The translations under genes and the position numbers were made by a program. From assembly GCF_006345805.1 (NCBI RefSeq), contig NC_043014.1:48422001-48486000 (forward strand): DNA of 64,000 nucleotides, written 5' to 3'. Positions 1-11,245 of this stretch are shown here, one piece after another (within the stretch, counting starts at the first letter, position 1; each line of letters starts with the position of its first letter). This stretch comes from Octopus sinensis (lineage: Eukaryota). The notes beneath the pieces were generated by a model. It was given only the letters and a program-made list of their open reading frames with translations, did no database searches and was not told the DNA's origin.

Positions 1-510
1 CTGCTTACATAAACATTGCTGAAAAATGAGTTGAGAATAGCAAAAGCCCCCTGTCTTGCATGATGTCGACATCATTGTATGTATGACTGTGTTGGTTGGA
101 AAGAAGTGGAATACAGCAAAGCTGGAAATGAAAGAAATGACTGCAGGTGTGTGGGTCACATGGGCAGGGCTGATTAAAAAGAGAAAGCAATGGGTATCTC
201 TTGATAATAAGAGGAGAGAAATTGGGGCCAAATTGAAGTGGAAGAGGGGGGAGCAGCCAAAGTAGTGAGGTTAGGAAGTCATTGTGCATGGTGTAACAGG
301 TGAGAGAAGGAAGCTGTTGGAGAAACAACAGCTAGGGAAAATGGAAACAGGGTCATATAATTCCCCCTGGGATCAGTGTTTGATGTTCTTAAATACTGGG
401 ATTGCTGGAGGTGGTGGGTTGATCCACTGTGGGGTTAAAACTGAGATCTCATGGTTTCAAAGCAGGACTTGTTAAACGCTCAGATATGCTTACATGTCTA
501 TTTGTATATA

Positions 511-756
511 TCATCATCATCATCATTTAACATACATCTTCCATGCTGGTATTGGTTGGATGGTTTGACAGGAGCTGGCAACCCAGGACTGCACCAAGTG
601 CCACTGTCTGTTTTGGTATGGCTTTTACTGCTAGTTGCTCTTCTTAATGCCAACCACTTTACAGAGTGGACTGGTTGCTTTTTACGTGGCACCATCACCA
701 GCAAGGTCTACTTTGGCTTAGTTTTTATAGCCGAATGTCCTTCCAAATGCTAACCA
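511..756 (-). mobile_element. RTE-LINE 3'-UTR-type short repeat (family C)
   Basis: Reverse complement of the recurrent ...AAAAAGCACC...GGAAGGGCATCCAGC...CCAACC.ATGC.AGCATGGAA...(ATG)n module, which also ends the RTE fragment at 934-1456. Confidence 0.75.
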
Positions 757-933
757 CACCATAATTGATGGCATTATAAATGCACAGGAATATTAGATGC
801 ATCCCAATTTCAGCAGCACACATTCAGGAAAAATGTCTTTAGTGCATCAGAGCATCTAATATTTAAAGCAACTTTGCATATAGGGTCCAGGGTGATTTTT
901 AAAATTATTTGTTAAGACACAAGATGTATCTGG

Positions 934-1318
934 TGTAAGCTATGGACACATAAAAGGTGCAGCAATATCAGAGGAAGGTTAACAAGGAAAATAGCTTTTG
1001 TGTGTGGACGGTGCACAAGTACAATAAACACTGACCAAGTTAGTAATGGAGGTGGATGCTCCAAGAGATTAGCTGTGGGAATAAGATTAGGCTGGGCAAA
1101 GTGCAGAGCGCTCCTACCTCTTCTGGCAACAAAAGGCCTCTCCCTCAGAGTGAAAGGCAGAGCGTATGATGTCTGTGTGCGAACAGCTATGCTACATGGC
1201 AGTGAAACATGGGCTGTGACAGCGAAGGACATGTGTAGACTTGAAAGAAATTAAGCCAGTATGCTTTGCTGGATGTGCAATGACAGTGTGCATGTTTGAC
1301 AGAGTGTGAGTATCTGAG
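934..1318 (+). mobile_element. RTE-clade LINE ORF fragment (Cys/His finger plus RT C-terminal region), internally deleted, with stops
   Basis: Translates to CKLWTHKRCSNIRGRLTRKIAFVCGRC...GGGCSKRLAVGIRLGWAKCRALLPLLATKGLSLRVKGRAYDVCVRTAMLHGSETWAVT; the HGSETW motif and context are typical of RTE/Bov-B-like elements. Confidence 0.9.
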
Positions 1319-1321
1319 TGG

Positions 1322-1456
1322 TTGGCATTAGGAAGGACAGCAAGCTGTAGAAACTATGCCAAATCAGACTGGAGCCTGGTGCAGCCTTCCACCTTGACAG
1401 CCCTGGTCAAACTGTCCAACCCATGCCAGCATGGACAACAGAATTGTAAATGATGA
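1322..1456 (+). mobile_element. RTE 3' UTR/tail (family C)
   Basis: GTGGTTGGCATTAGGAAGG...CCAACCCATGCCAGCATGGA...TGATGAT directly following the RTE coding fragment. Confidence 0.8.
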
Positions 1457-1498
1457 TTTTGAAAAATGTGCATCTTATATGCCATCAAATACAGTGTG

Positions 1499-1527
<29 letters not shown>

Positions 1528-1536
<9 letters not shown>

Positions 1537-1813
1537 ACCAACAAGACCATCAGATGTTGTTACACATCGCTGGTCACAATGCGTTCGCATTGTTTTAGCC
1601 TTCAAATGACACCACCCTGCTGGCTAAGCGAGCAGGTCAACAGAAGAAAGAGTGGTGAAAGAGTACAGCAGGGATCACCCCCCCCCTGCCGGAGCGTTGT
1701 GGAGCTTTTAGGTGTTTTCGCTCAATAAACACTCACAACGCCCAGTCTGAGAATCGAAAGCGCGATCCTACGACCACGAGTCCGCTGCCCTAACCACTGG
1801 TCCATTGCGCCTC

Positions 1814-1815
<2 letters not shown>
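1528..1815 (-). mobile_element. tRNA-derived SINE (family D), near full length
   Basis: Minus strand begins TGGAGGCGCAATGGACCAGTGGTTAGGGCAGCGG...TTTCGATTCTCAGAC (A-box/B-box-like head); ends ...GGTCACGTGATA into a (TA)n tract. Confidence 0.85.
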
Positions 1816-1847
<32 letters not shown>

Positions 1848-1917
1848 ATTACAGTTGAGGCTGATAGGTAACAGAATAATTGCAGTGCTATTTAGCTAAA
1901 CTCCTTCCATGTTTTAA

Positions 1918-2128
1918 TGGGAAGAATTGTTAGCGTTGAACAAAATGCCAATGAAATATCTGTTCCATCTCTTTTTATCTTCTGATTCCAATTCCCACCT
2001 GGGTCAACTCTATCTTTCATCCCTCTGAAATCTATAAAATAAAATCCTAGTACTGGGCGGTCAATGCTTTCGACTAATCCCTCCCCTCCCAAAACTGCCG
2101 GCTTCATGGCCTAAACTCGAAACCATTG
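1918..2128 (+). mobile_element. Degenerate SINE family A copy
   Basis: Diverged match to the family A head, the TTTCATCC core and the alternative tail. Confidence 0.55.
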
Positions 2129-2903
2129 TTTATGGGATTTAAGATAATTTCTGTTGCATTTTAATTCCTGTGTGAAAACGTCAACTACATTCCCTCCTTT
2201 TTTTTCTCTTTGTTTATCAACTCCCTATCTTAGTATTTATTGCAGTAGACATTATCTCATAAGAAGCCCCCCTTCTTTATCCTCCCTTTGTACCCCTTAT
2301 GAGCATTCGGCTTGTTTTCTCGGGGTTTCCTCATTCCTTCTGCCTGCAACTGCTGCTGTCTGCGGCTGATTACATGACTCCTCTCATCACACCACAACGC
2401 GTAGCTGCACTTTAAGGTGGAGTTCAGCAAATTTGATCTCACACTTCTTCTGTTTCTCCATCCCTTGGGCTTCCTGCCTTATCGAGTGGACCCCACCTTC
2501 CACTGCCACCCATCTCTTTTACAAATATGTAAATAAACAAAATAAATATTCCAGCTCTAGTTTCACCAAAATTCTTGGCTTCTATGTCAGAAAGAAGGAA
2601 AAGAACAAGAAAATTCTTCTCTCCCTCCATTCTGCCCTCTCTCTCTATGTGCCTGTATGTGTACACACACACACAGAGTTAATGGTGGTTAAGAGCTCTT
2701 GCATCAACCTAAGTCACCTTCTCCCATCTGATTCCACTCTTTAAAGAGCTCCTCTTTATCAAATTATCAGGCCTTTTGTTATATAGCAAGACCAGAACTG
2801 GAAAAAGCTCATGTCTTATAAAGCCCCTTAAATATAGTAATAATCTAGGCCTAATCTAGCCTACCTTATGATCCCAAAGAGTATCAGCTGTGATCGTTTA
2901 GTC

Positions 2904-2975
2904 CAATGTTTCTCAAAGTGAATACTTAGGGACCCCAGAGATCTGTAACTAAAAGATCTGGGGTTCCTCAAGGTG
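2904..2975 (+). mobile_element. Possible hAT/Charlie-like MITE end
   Basis: CAATGTTTCTCAAAGTG resembles Charlie-type TIR starts and is followed by a short GGACCCCAG...CTGGGGTTCC hairpin; the other end was not found. Confidence 0.3.
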
Positions 2976-3006
2976 TCTATTAACAGAATTTAGTAAATAT
3001 CTATTT

Positions 3007-3233
3007 CTTTACCACCCACAAGGGGCTAAACATAGAGGGGATAAACAAGGACAGACAAACGGATTAAGTCGATTACATTGACCCCAGTGTGCAACTGGTA
3101 CTTAATTTATCGACCCCGAAAGGATGAAAGGCAAAATCGACCTCGGCAGAATTTGAACTCAGAACGTAACGGCAGATGAAATATGGCTACGCATTTCGCC
3201 CGGCATGCTAACGGTTCTGCCAGCTCGCCACCT
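3007..3233 (-). mobile_element. SINE family A, full length, with TSD
   Basis: Minus strand GGTGGCGAGCTGGCAGAAC...GAGTTCAAATTC...TTTCATCCTTTCGGGGTCGAT...GCCCCTTGTGGG; flanked by direct repeat ATTTAGTAAATATCTATTT (2988-3006, 3234-3252). Confidence 0.95.
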
Positions 3234-3304
3234 ATTTAGTAAATATCTATTTTATAAAACCTGCTATTTGTCCTTTTAAAAATGTTGCTCTTTTAAAAAA
3301 TTAT

Positions 3305-3400
3305 ATGGACACTGGAGCTTGGTGCAGTTCTATGGCTTACTCGATCCTGTCAAACCATTCAACCAATTCCAGCATGGAAAATGGGCATTAAATGATGATT
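3305..3400 (+). mobile_element. Family C tail fragment
   Basis: GGAGCTTGGTGCAG...CAGCATGGAAAATGGGCATTAAATGATGAT. Confidence 0.65.
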
Positions 3401-3805
3401 GTGATGAATAAAATTGTTTCTTTGTTTCATTTAATGTTTATTAAAATTAATGAGTTGGTTGGGGACATCTCAGTGAATTCAGTTCTTTGATTTTGGGAAA
3501 ATTATATGATATATTTCCAAGAATACATCATCTCATGTGCCTCATGGCATATTTTTAGAATATTAGTTTTAAGCAATATTTGGCTGTTGTTTCTAGCAAA
3601 TCAGTTAGCTAACTGTGTAGCTATTCCTTCTATAATATATCTGTCTGGAATTATTACTGAGATATTTTGGCTGTGTTCAATAATCAATATACTATTAATC
3701 CATGTAAATTTGTATCTCTCATATCTGTTGCTGGAATTAATTGTTGTTAAACAAGAAAACCTAACAGGAAGGCAAGACAATATTTTATCACTTTTTATAG
3801 GTAGA

Positions 3806-4130
3806 AGCATGGCTGTGTGGCTCAGAAGTCAACTTTTTAACCACATGGTCTCAGGTTCAGTCCCACTATGCAATATCTTGGGCAAGTATTTGTTACTCTA
3901 TAAAAGCTTTATGACCAAAACTTTATGAGTGGACCTGGTTATATTGAAACCAGAAGCTTGTTTTATATATGTGACTTGGGTGTATTCTCCTCTCCTTGTC
4001 CTGACATTATTGTAAATGAATATGAACATCACTGCCATTCAAGTGGTGTCTTTTGTTTTCCATCTGTCATGAAATCATGTCCAGTCAGCTTGCTGTTCAT
4101 GTTTGAAGGATAAGGGGACACATTCTCTGG
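3806..4130 (+). mobile_element. Degenerate SINE family B with alternative tail
   Basis: GGCTGTGTGG...GGTTCAGTCCCAC...TTGGGCAAGT head, followed by a diverged body. Confidence 0.6.
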
Positions 4131-4152
4131 CTTCAAAACAGGTGGGACTCTC

Positions 4153-4360
4153 TACTCTTTTACTTGTTTCAGTCATTTGACTGCGGCCATGCTGGAGCAC
4201 CACCTTTTAGTCGAGCAAATCGACGCCAGGACTTATTCTTTGTAAGCCTAGTACTTATTCTATCGGTCTCTTTTGCCGAACCGCTAAGTTACTGGGACGT
4301 AAACGCACCACCACCATCGGTTGTCAAGCAATGTTGGAGGGACAAACACAGGCACACAAA

Positions 4361-4408
<48 letters not shown>

Positions 4409-4605
4409 CACACATATATACGACAGGCTTTTTTCAGCTTCCGTCTACCAAATCCACTCACAAGGCTTTGGTTGGCCCGAGGCTATAGTATATTTCTTGG
4501 CCCAAGGCTATAGTAGAAGACACTTGCCCAAGGTACCACACAGTGTGACTGAACCTAGAACCATGTGGTTGGCCAGCAAGCTACCCACCACACAGCCACC
4601 CCTGC
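4153..4605 (-). mobile_element. SINE family B, full length, with internal (CA)n
   Basis: Minus strand GGGGTGGCTGTGTGG...GGTTCAGTCAC...TTGGGCAAGTGTCTTCTACTATAGCC...GCTCCAGCATGGCCGCAGTCAAATGACTGAAACAAGTAAAAGAG. Confidence 0.92.
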
Positions 4606-5700
4606 AACTGGTGATGGGGAACAGCATCCCACTGTAGAAATTCTGCCTTCATGAATATCCTCTGACCCATGGAAAAGTGGACATTAGAACAATGATGATG
4701 ATGATGATTATTCGTGTTATAACACTACTGCTGTTTTCCCAGATCAATCCCAATGTTCCAACCATGCCCATCTCGTCAGGTTTTTCTTTTTTTCAGACAG
4801 TGTGCCTAAGCACTACATTGCCTAATATGTCCTGCCATTCTTCTTTTTTTTTTTTAAAGACTATAGACTGTGATTTAAGGATGACTTTAACTGATATTTC
4901 TTGCAGGTTAGAGTGACAACATAATGTAGTCTTCATAATCCTTTCTCTCTCTCTCTAATCTCAGAATCTGTCCTTCAAAGCTCCTTGTGTATTGCCCACC
5001 CCACCATCACCACCACACTGTTATTGTCAGCTGGCTGCTTGTCACTTTCCTCCCCCCTCCATATCAACCGTTTCCATCTGGTGTGGATGATGTGGTCTGC
5101 CTTCCCCTCCTCCTCCTCCTCCTTCTCCTTGTTCATGTCATGCTGTGTGTGTGTGTGTGCATTATTTAGGAATGGCTGTTGTTGATACTAAACACACAAG
5201 CACACACACTTGTATGTTGGTGGGGGAGGGTGAAGTGATCATGTCCAAGACCTTGCTCTCTCTCTCTCTCTCTCTCTCTGTGGGTGGGGGAGAGGTCTGG
5301 TGGTGGTGGTGTCAAGGTCCCCACCCTGTTCGACATTCTCTTCATTGCCAATATGTAACAGTTTCTTTTGGCTTGAAAAAAAATGTTATCAGGAGGTGGG
5401 GCAGTAGTCCCCGGTCCCCACCTACCCCAACAAGATATCTACAGAGTTTGTGGGGTATGTGTGAGGGAGTCGAACAAGTGTGAATGGCGGTGGGGGTGGG
5501 GGAGGATGTAGTTCAAATGTTAGTAAAAGAGTGAAGACAGGTAGTGGTGCTGGTGTTTAACAGGGTGCCGTTTTAGGTCTACAACATTAAAACTGTTATA
5601 AGCTGGGGCCCCATTAATATGAAAAACAGACCACACGCTCGTCTTGATTTTTCTGGGTTAATTCCCTTCTACCCCAACCGAACAGGTATAGTTTAACATT

Positions 5701-5931
5701 AAGGCGGCGAGCTGGCAGAAACGTTAGCATGCCGGACGAAGTGCTTAGTGATATTTCGTCTGCTGCTACGTTCTGAGTTCAAATTCTGCCGAGGTCGACT
5801 TTGCCTTTCATCCTTTCGGGGTCGATTAAATAAGTATCAGTTATACACTGGGGTCGATGTAATCGACTTAATACCTATGTCTGTCCTTGTTTGTTCCATC
5901 TGTATTTAACCCCTTGTGGGTTGTAAAGAAA
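5701..5931 (+). mobile_element. SINE family A, full length, with TSD
   Basis: AAGGCGGCGAGCTGGCAGAAACGTTAGC head; 20-bp direct repeat AACAGGTATAGTTTAACATT at 5681-5700 and 5930-5949. Confidence 0.95.
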
Positions 5932-6194
5932 CAGGTATAGTTTAACATTTCAGGATTTTAAAATTTGGCTTTTTAAAAAAAAAAAATTTTGATTATTTAT
6001 TTTTGATATTTTACATATCATTTGTCGTGGGAACTAATTGCATGTCTGCTGGCCTGTCTTTCTTTATACACGAAGATATGTACTATGTTTGTTATGTAGA
6101 TCCTTCTAGAATTTCTGGTTCTAAAGCTTTTCTTGATTACTCATTTTGCTGAACCAGGGATGGCCACCTGCTCAGCACACTTCAAATTAAAAAC

Positions 6195-6412
6195 TAATAT
6201 TGATTTCAAATTTTGGCACCAGGCCAGCAATTTTCGGAGAGGGGATAAGTCAATTACACTGATCCCAGTACTTAGTACTTATTTGATCAACTCTGAAAGG
6301 TTGAAATTTGAAGATGACTTTAGCGGAATTTGAACTCAGAACGTAAAAACAGGTGAAAAGCCACTAAGCATTTTGCTTGGCATGCTAACGATTCTGCCAG
6401 CTCCCCACCTTA
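6195..6412 (-). mobile_element. SINE family A, alternative-tail variant
   Basis: Family A head and core with the ...AAATTGCTGGCCTGGTGCCAAAATTTGAAATC tail. Confidence 0.8.
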
Positions 6413-6766
6413 AATTAAACAAATATTAAATTTACTTACATAACTAAATGAAACACATGTCAGTATAAATGATACAAGATTATTAATACTGTACTATGCA
6501 AGATACTATTAAACTAGTTTTGTAGCCACAGGAATCTGAAGTGTGGATTATAAGAGGTTCTGGATCATTAGTGTCCAAGAGGTTGGTGTTGTACTTGTAG
6601 TTTGAAGCAATTAAGTTTTGAGGTCCATCAATGCTAACATTTACCTCATGAATTAGTTAATGATGGTTAATTTGTTATTGCCATTTTGTACAAAAATCCT
6701 GGAAATTACGTGAATTCATGCTCTTCATTAAAATGCTAACAGTTCAACCACCATTGCTGTTTTCAG

Positions 6767-6813
6767 CTGTAGTGGATGTCAATGGAGTTCTTTTGCTTTG
6801 TATTTTCTCATTG
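6767..6813 (+). CDS. Candidate small internal exon (unidentified)
   Basis: GCTAAC branch-point-like motif at 6735-6740, ...CTGTTTTCAG acceptor, TTG|GTAAAC donor; open in two phases (e.g. VVDVNGVLLLCIFSL). Confidence 0.25.
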
Positions 6814-6872
6814 GTAAACCATTCTTTTGATTATTTTGTCACTTTTTTTTTCGACTAGAATTCCTTACCAAT

Positions 6873-7171
6873 AGGTGCAGGCATGGCTGTGTGGTTAAAA
6901 AGCTCGCTCTGTAACCATGTCACTTCGAGTTCAGTCCCACTGCGTGGCACCTTAGGCAAGTGTCGTCTTCTATAGTTCTTGGCCGATCGAAGCCTTGTGA
7001 GTGAATTTTGTTCATGGATCTGCATGGATGCCCATCCTCTGTGTGAGTGTTTGTGGGTGTGTTCATGCTTGTTAGATTTATATCCTTGGCACCACTTGAC
7101 AACTGGTATTACTTTGTCTACATCCCTGTAACTTAGCAGTGTGGCAAAAGAGACAGATAGAATAAGTGCCA
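6873..7171 (+). mobile_element. SINE family B, 3'-truncated
   Basis: GGTGCAGGCATGGCTGTGTGG...GTTCAGTCCCACTGCGTGGCACCTTAGGCAAGTG. Confidence 0.85.
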
Positions 7172-7274
7172 GATGGAGACTCCCCCTGCCAAACCCATAG
7201 TTAGTAAGGTTGGATTGGTTGACTCAAAGCTTTCAAGGTTATTCCTGAGCATGGCTACAGTCTACCGCCAACAT

Positions 7275-7800
7275 CATCATCATCATCATTTAGCGTCCGC
7301 TTTGCATGCTAGCATGGGTTGGACGGTTCAACTGGGGTCTGGGAAGCCAGAAGGCTGCACCAGGCCCAGTCTGATCTGGCAGTGTTTCTACAGCTGGATG
7401 CCCTTCCTAACGCCAACCACTCCGTGAGTGTAGTGGGTGCTTTTTACGTGCCACCCGCACAGGTGCCAGACGGAGCTGGTAAAAGATGATAAAAGATGAA
7501 AAGGCTTTATGTTATTCTATTTTCTTTTGTGTGTTCTGTATTGTAATCATCAAGTTGTCACGACTGAAATGTGTTGATCTGTTTCACCATGTTGAGTCGG
7601 GATCCTCTGCCCCTCCTTAAGCCAGGTACTCCTCAAATGTGTATCTCTAGAAATAACATCAATGTAGTCAAGTGGTCTTTTGTTCTGTATTAGGATATGG
7701 AAGTCTCCAGAATATAAACATCTGATATGACCTTGTGTTCAGCATGGCCATAGTGCATTGAGCATCAATAAAAAAGATGGGTGGAACATGTCTATAAATT
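7275..7800 (-). mobile_element. RTE-like LINE 3' end: family C 3' UTR (7275-7480) preceded by a degenerate C-terminal coding relic
   Basis: Clear family C copy with (ATG)n tail; upstream minus-strand translation has frameshifted pieces (KRPLDYIDVISRD, RRGRGSRLNMVKQI) resembling the RTE C-terminus. Confidence 0.55.
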
Positions 7801-8226
7801 TTTGCCTTGTTCCTGTATTGACATTGTGAGGTAATTTGAGCTCTGGTACCCATCTCATCAAGTTTGTGGTATGTATAGCTTATCTCTGCTATAAAGTGCT
7901 GGAATGGTGAGAAAGCATTGTAATTATGTGTCTGATGTTACAATTGGAAGCAGAAAGATCGCTGATGACTTTCATGTTTGTGTTATGTCTGTTGGAGTGA
8001 ACTTATTTTTTTATATTGTTTGACTAACTTGAGATTCCATTGTTGTTTCACGAATTCGTTTTGTTTTTGTAAAATGTCTTTGGCAGATGACAGTTTAATG
8101 GAATTTTACAGACGGATTTATGGCCGACATTTCACATGAATGTAAACCCATTATTAGCTGGGGCTGAAAAGCTGGCAGTAATTCGTATTAAATTCCAATT
8201 CTCAAACCCTTGTTTTGTACCCCTCT

Positions 8227-8308
8227 TCAAGGTACTTAACTCTGTCTTATGCCTTTAATCAAGGTACTCAACTCTGCGTTGTGTTTCTGATCAAGGTACT
8301 TAACTCTG
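8227..8308. repeat. Three direct 18-bp repeats TCAAGGTACT(T/C)AACTCTG with 32-bp period
   Basis: Copies start at 8227, 8259 and 8291; the two 14-bp spacers differ from each other. Confidence 0.85.
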
Positions 8309-8712
8309 CTTATTTCAGTTTGCCTGACTGACAAAAGAAGTTCCACTACTTCAAGGTTGAGTGATTAGTAATAAAGGCATCGGTTCAACTGTAAAAACAC
8401 AAGTGTTCCACTACAAAAACAATGAAGAATGTTTATTGGTGGGGGTTGGATTTAATTTATAAAAAAAACTACTATGTTAGTCTATTTCTTTACTCTTTGA
8501 AATTTTTTTTATAGGGAACTTTGTATTATTAGGAAATATGTGAAGATGGCTGGTAGATTTGGTAGGGTGTTTGTGAAAATATCTTACTGCATTAGTCTGC
8601 TTATATTCTGAGGTCAAATCATTCTAGGGTCAACTGTTTTTTTTTTTTTTTCCTGTTAAGGGACAATAAACCAAGGAGCTATTGAGATTTAGGATTGACT
8701 AAGTTAACACTT

Positions 8713-8946
8713 ATTATTTCTTTATTGCCCACAAGGGGCTAAACATAGAGGGGACAAACAAGGACAGTCAAAGGGATTAAGTCGATTACATCAACCCCAG
8801 TGTGTAACTGGTACTTATTTAATCGACCCCTAAAGGATGAAAGGCAAAGTCGACCTCTGCGGAATTTGAACTCAGAATGTAACGGCAAACGAAATACCGC
8901 TAAGCATTTCGCCTGGTGTGCTAACGTTTCTTCCAGCTCGCCGACT
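8713..8946 (-). mobile_element. SINE family A, full length
   Basis: Matches the family A consensus; TSD AAGTTAACACTT at 8701-8712 and 8962-8973. Confidence 0.93.
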
Positions 8947-9430
8947 TTTAAATGCTGATAGAAGTTAACACTTCTATCAGCATTTGACCTTGGTCACTGC
9001 CATGAATTATAGAGTAGCACACAAAATATTCTAGGGTTATGTTGTGTTATACTCTGTGATCATTTATATCTCCAGGTTTGATAGAATAAGCAAGTTTCAA
9101 ACTGGGATGATATAGTCAGTTAAATATATTAGTTGAAAAATTAATCTTTTTATTGATAAACATCATTATCATCATTTAACATAAGTTGGCATGGGTTGGA
9201 TAGCTTGACAGGGGTCACACCAGGTTCCATAGTCTGTTTTGGGTTCGTTTCTACAGCTGGATGATAATCCAAACAAGTCTGAGAAGCCAGGATTGTTGTT
9301 TGTGAAACTAGGAAGTGTTTCAAAACCCCATTAAATACTGTTGGTACAATTCACAGAAAATTTCAGACAGCATTTGCCCCAAGAGCATTTGGTATTGTGA
9401 AAATCATAACAGCCATTAAAAACGTTTTAA

Positions 9431-9915
9431 CCCTTTAGCATTCAGGTTACTCTGTTAAATGTAACATTTATTTAATTCACATTGTTTTGAATTTTTATAT
9501 ATACCTTCTTGAGCCATGCCTGGCTCATAAGGGCCGGTTTCCCAGTTTCAGTGGCGTAGAAATTCCCCACCTGGATGGGACGGCGGTCCGTCGCAGGATG
9601 ACTCATTTTTGCCAGCTGAGTGGACTGGAGCAACGTGAAATGAAGTGTTTTGCTCAAGAACACAACGCATCGCCCGGTCCAGGAATCGAAACCACAACCT
9701 TATAACCAGGAGTCCAACACCCTAACCACTAAGCCACGTGCCTCCACAATTGTTTTGAATTAATTATGCATTATATCATAACTTGAAGATTTCAATGCTT
9801 TGATTGTGTATTCTTAGAATGACATTGTAGGGTACACGTGAGAGACCGCATCTGACCATTTTCAATGTAAAACAGAATATTTGGGCTTGATATGGCCAGT
9901 TTCAATATTAAAGGG
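9431..9915 (+). mobile_element. piggyBac-like MITE interrupted by a SINE
   Basis: TTAA|CCCTTTAG...TAAAGGG|TTAA termini (TTAA at 9427-9430 and 9916-9919); body matches the copy at 10761. Confidence 0.85.
9494..9748 (-). mobile_element. tRNA-derived SINE family E nested in the MITE
   Basis: Minus strand TGTGGAGGCACGTGGCTTAGTGGTTAGGG...TTTCGATTCCTGG head; 13-bp TSD ATTGTTTTGAATT at 9481-9493 and 9749-9761. Confidence 0.92.
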
Positions 9916-10485
9916 TTAAAGTCATTTTTTCAAATATTTTGATCCAGACATTTCCTTGTTGGTTTGACATAAGATTAATGACGAAAGAATAAACCACCTG
10001 GTTGTATTTTGCATGTTTTTACTGAAAACCCTTGTGGTAGTAATTACTAAACCTACAAATTACTTTAGCATGTTTTCACTAAAGCCCTTCTGGTAGTAAT
10101 TAGTGAATATGCAAATTAAGTTTGGCATTCTTCATTCAACATGTGAAGTTTGTGTATTTTTATTCAATCTAACCGGCAACAGATGTTTGAACATATTGAG
10201 ATAGAGGAAACCAAAATAGAACATAATGGCTGTCTGTCTGTCTGTCTGTCTCTGTGTCTCTCTGTCTGTTTTGTCTTTGTGGCTGGTTGGCTGGCTGGCT
10301 CTTACTGTATTCCTCTCTCTGTAGTAAAACATACCATGAATTTCATAATGTGTCTATTTATCAGGTCCTCCACTTCTCTTTGCCACACTGCATGACTATT
10401 ACTACTAAACCACACTATCAACATTTCACATCACCATTCCATCACACCCACCATCATTATCTTTACCACCTCACCACAGCATACC

Positions 10486-10713
10486 TATTTCTTTACTACT
10501 CACAAGGGGCTAAACACAGAGGGGACGAACAAGGACAGACAAACAACGAATTAAGTCGATTATATCGACCTCAGTACGTAACTGGTACTTAATTTATCGA
10601 CCCTGAAAGGATGAAAGGCAAAGTTGACCTATGCGGAATTTGAACTCAGAACGTAACGGCAGATGAAATACGGCTACGCATTTCGCCCGGCGTGCTAACG
10701 GTTCTGCCAGCTA
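10486..10713 (-). mobile_element. SINE family A, slightly 5'-truncated
   Basis: Family A consensus; TSD ACCACAGCATACC at 10473-10485 and 10714-10726. Confidence 0.93.
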
Positions 10714-10760
10714 ACCACAGCATACCACCTCTGCTATACCTGTGTTGACACAGTCTTTAA

Positions 10761-10980
10761 CCCTTTAGCGTTCGGATTACTCTGTTGAATATAATGCTTG
10801 TTTATTCACATTAGCTTATATTAATGATACATTATTTCATAGCTTTGAGATTTTGATGATGCAGTTGTTTATTTTTAGAATGACATTGTAGGGTAGGTGT
10901 GAGAGATCAGATCTGGCTGGTTTGAACATAAAATGAGTAGAATATCTGGGTCGGATGTGACTGGTTTAAATGTTTAATGG
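10761..10980 (+). mobile_element. piggyBac-like MITE (uninterrupted copy, right end decayed)
   Basis: TTAA|CCCTTTAGCG start; internal TTTTAGAATGACATTGTAGGGTA shared with 9431-9915. Confidence 0.8.
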
Positions 10981-11064
10981 CTAGAATAATGGAGCACCAC
11001 ACTATCATACACAGAGACAAAGAGTTTTCTTAGCTTAATTGTTTGACCATCTTCATTTCATCAC

Positions 11065-11245
11065 CATCATCATCATCATTTAATGTCCATTTTCCATGCT
11101 AGCATGGCTTGGATGATTTGACCAGAGCTGGCAAGCAGGAGAACTGCACCAAGTTCCAGTTTGATTTGACTTGGTTTCTGTGGCTGGATGCCCTTCCTAA
11201 CACCAACCATTTCACAGTGTGTGCTGGATGCTTTTTACGTGTTAC
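11065..11245 (-). mobile_element. Family C (RTE-tail) copy
   Basis: (CAT)n TTAATGTCCATTTTCCATGCTAGCATGG...GGCTGGATGCCCTTCCTAACACCAACC. Confidence 0.8.

Noticed and set aside
5-475. ORFs at the window start
   Set aside because: No recognisable domain; purine-rich sequence that is probably an old LINE remnant.
789-863. 12-bp inverted repeat AATATTAGATGC / GCATCTAATATT
   Set aside because: Too short and single-copy to call a MITE.
1740-1815. tRNA-like A/B boxes (also in all SINE heads)
   Set aside because: They continue into SINE bodies and do not form a complete cloverleaf with a proper acceptor stem; not tRNA genes.
7740-8130. Possible MULE or mariner transposase (PIFFIDAQCT)
   Set aside because: No consistent catalytic motif; the adjacent sequence is better explained as an RTE 3' end.
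8227-8308. CRISPR-like repeat-spacer pattern
   Set aside because: Eukaryotic context, only three 18-bp repeats with 14-bp spacers, and no cas genes.
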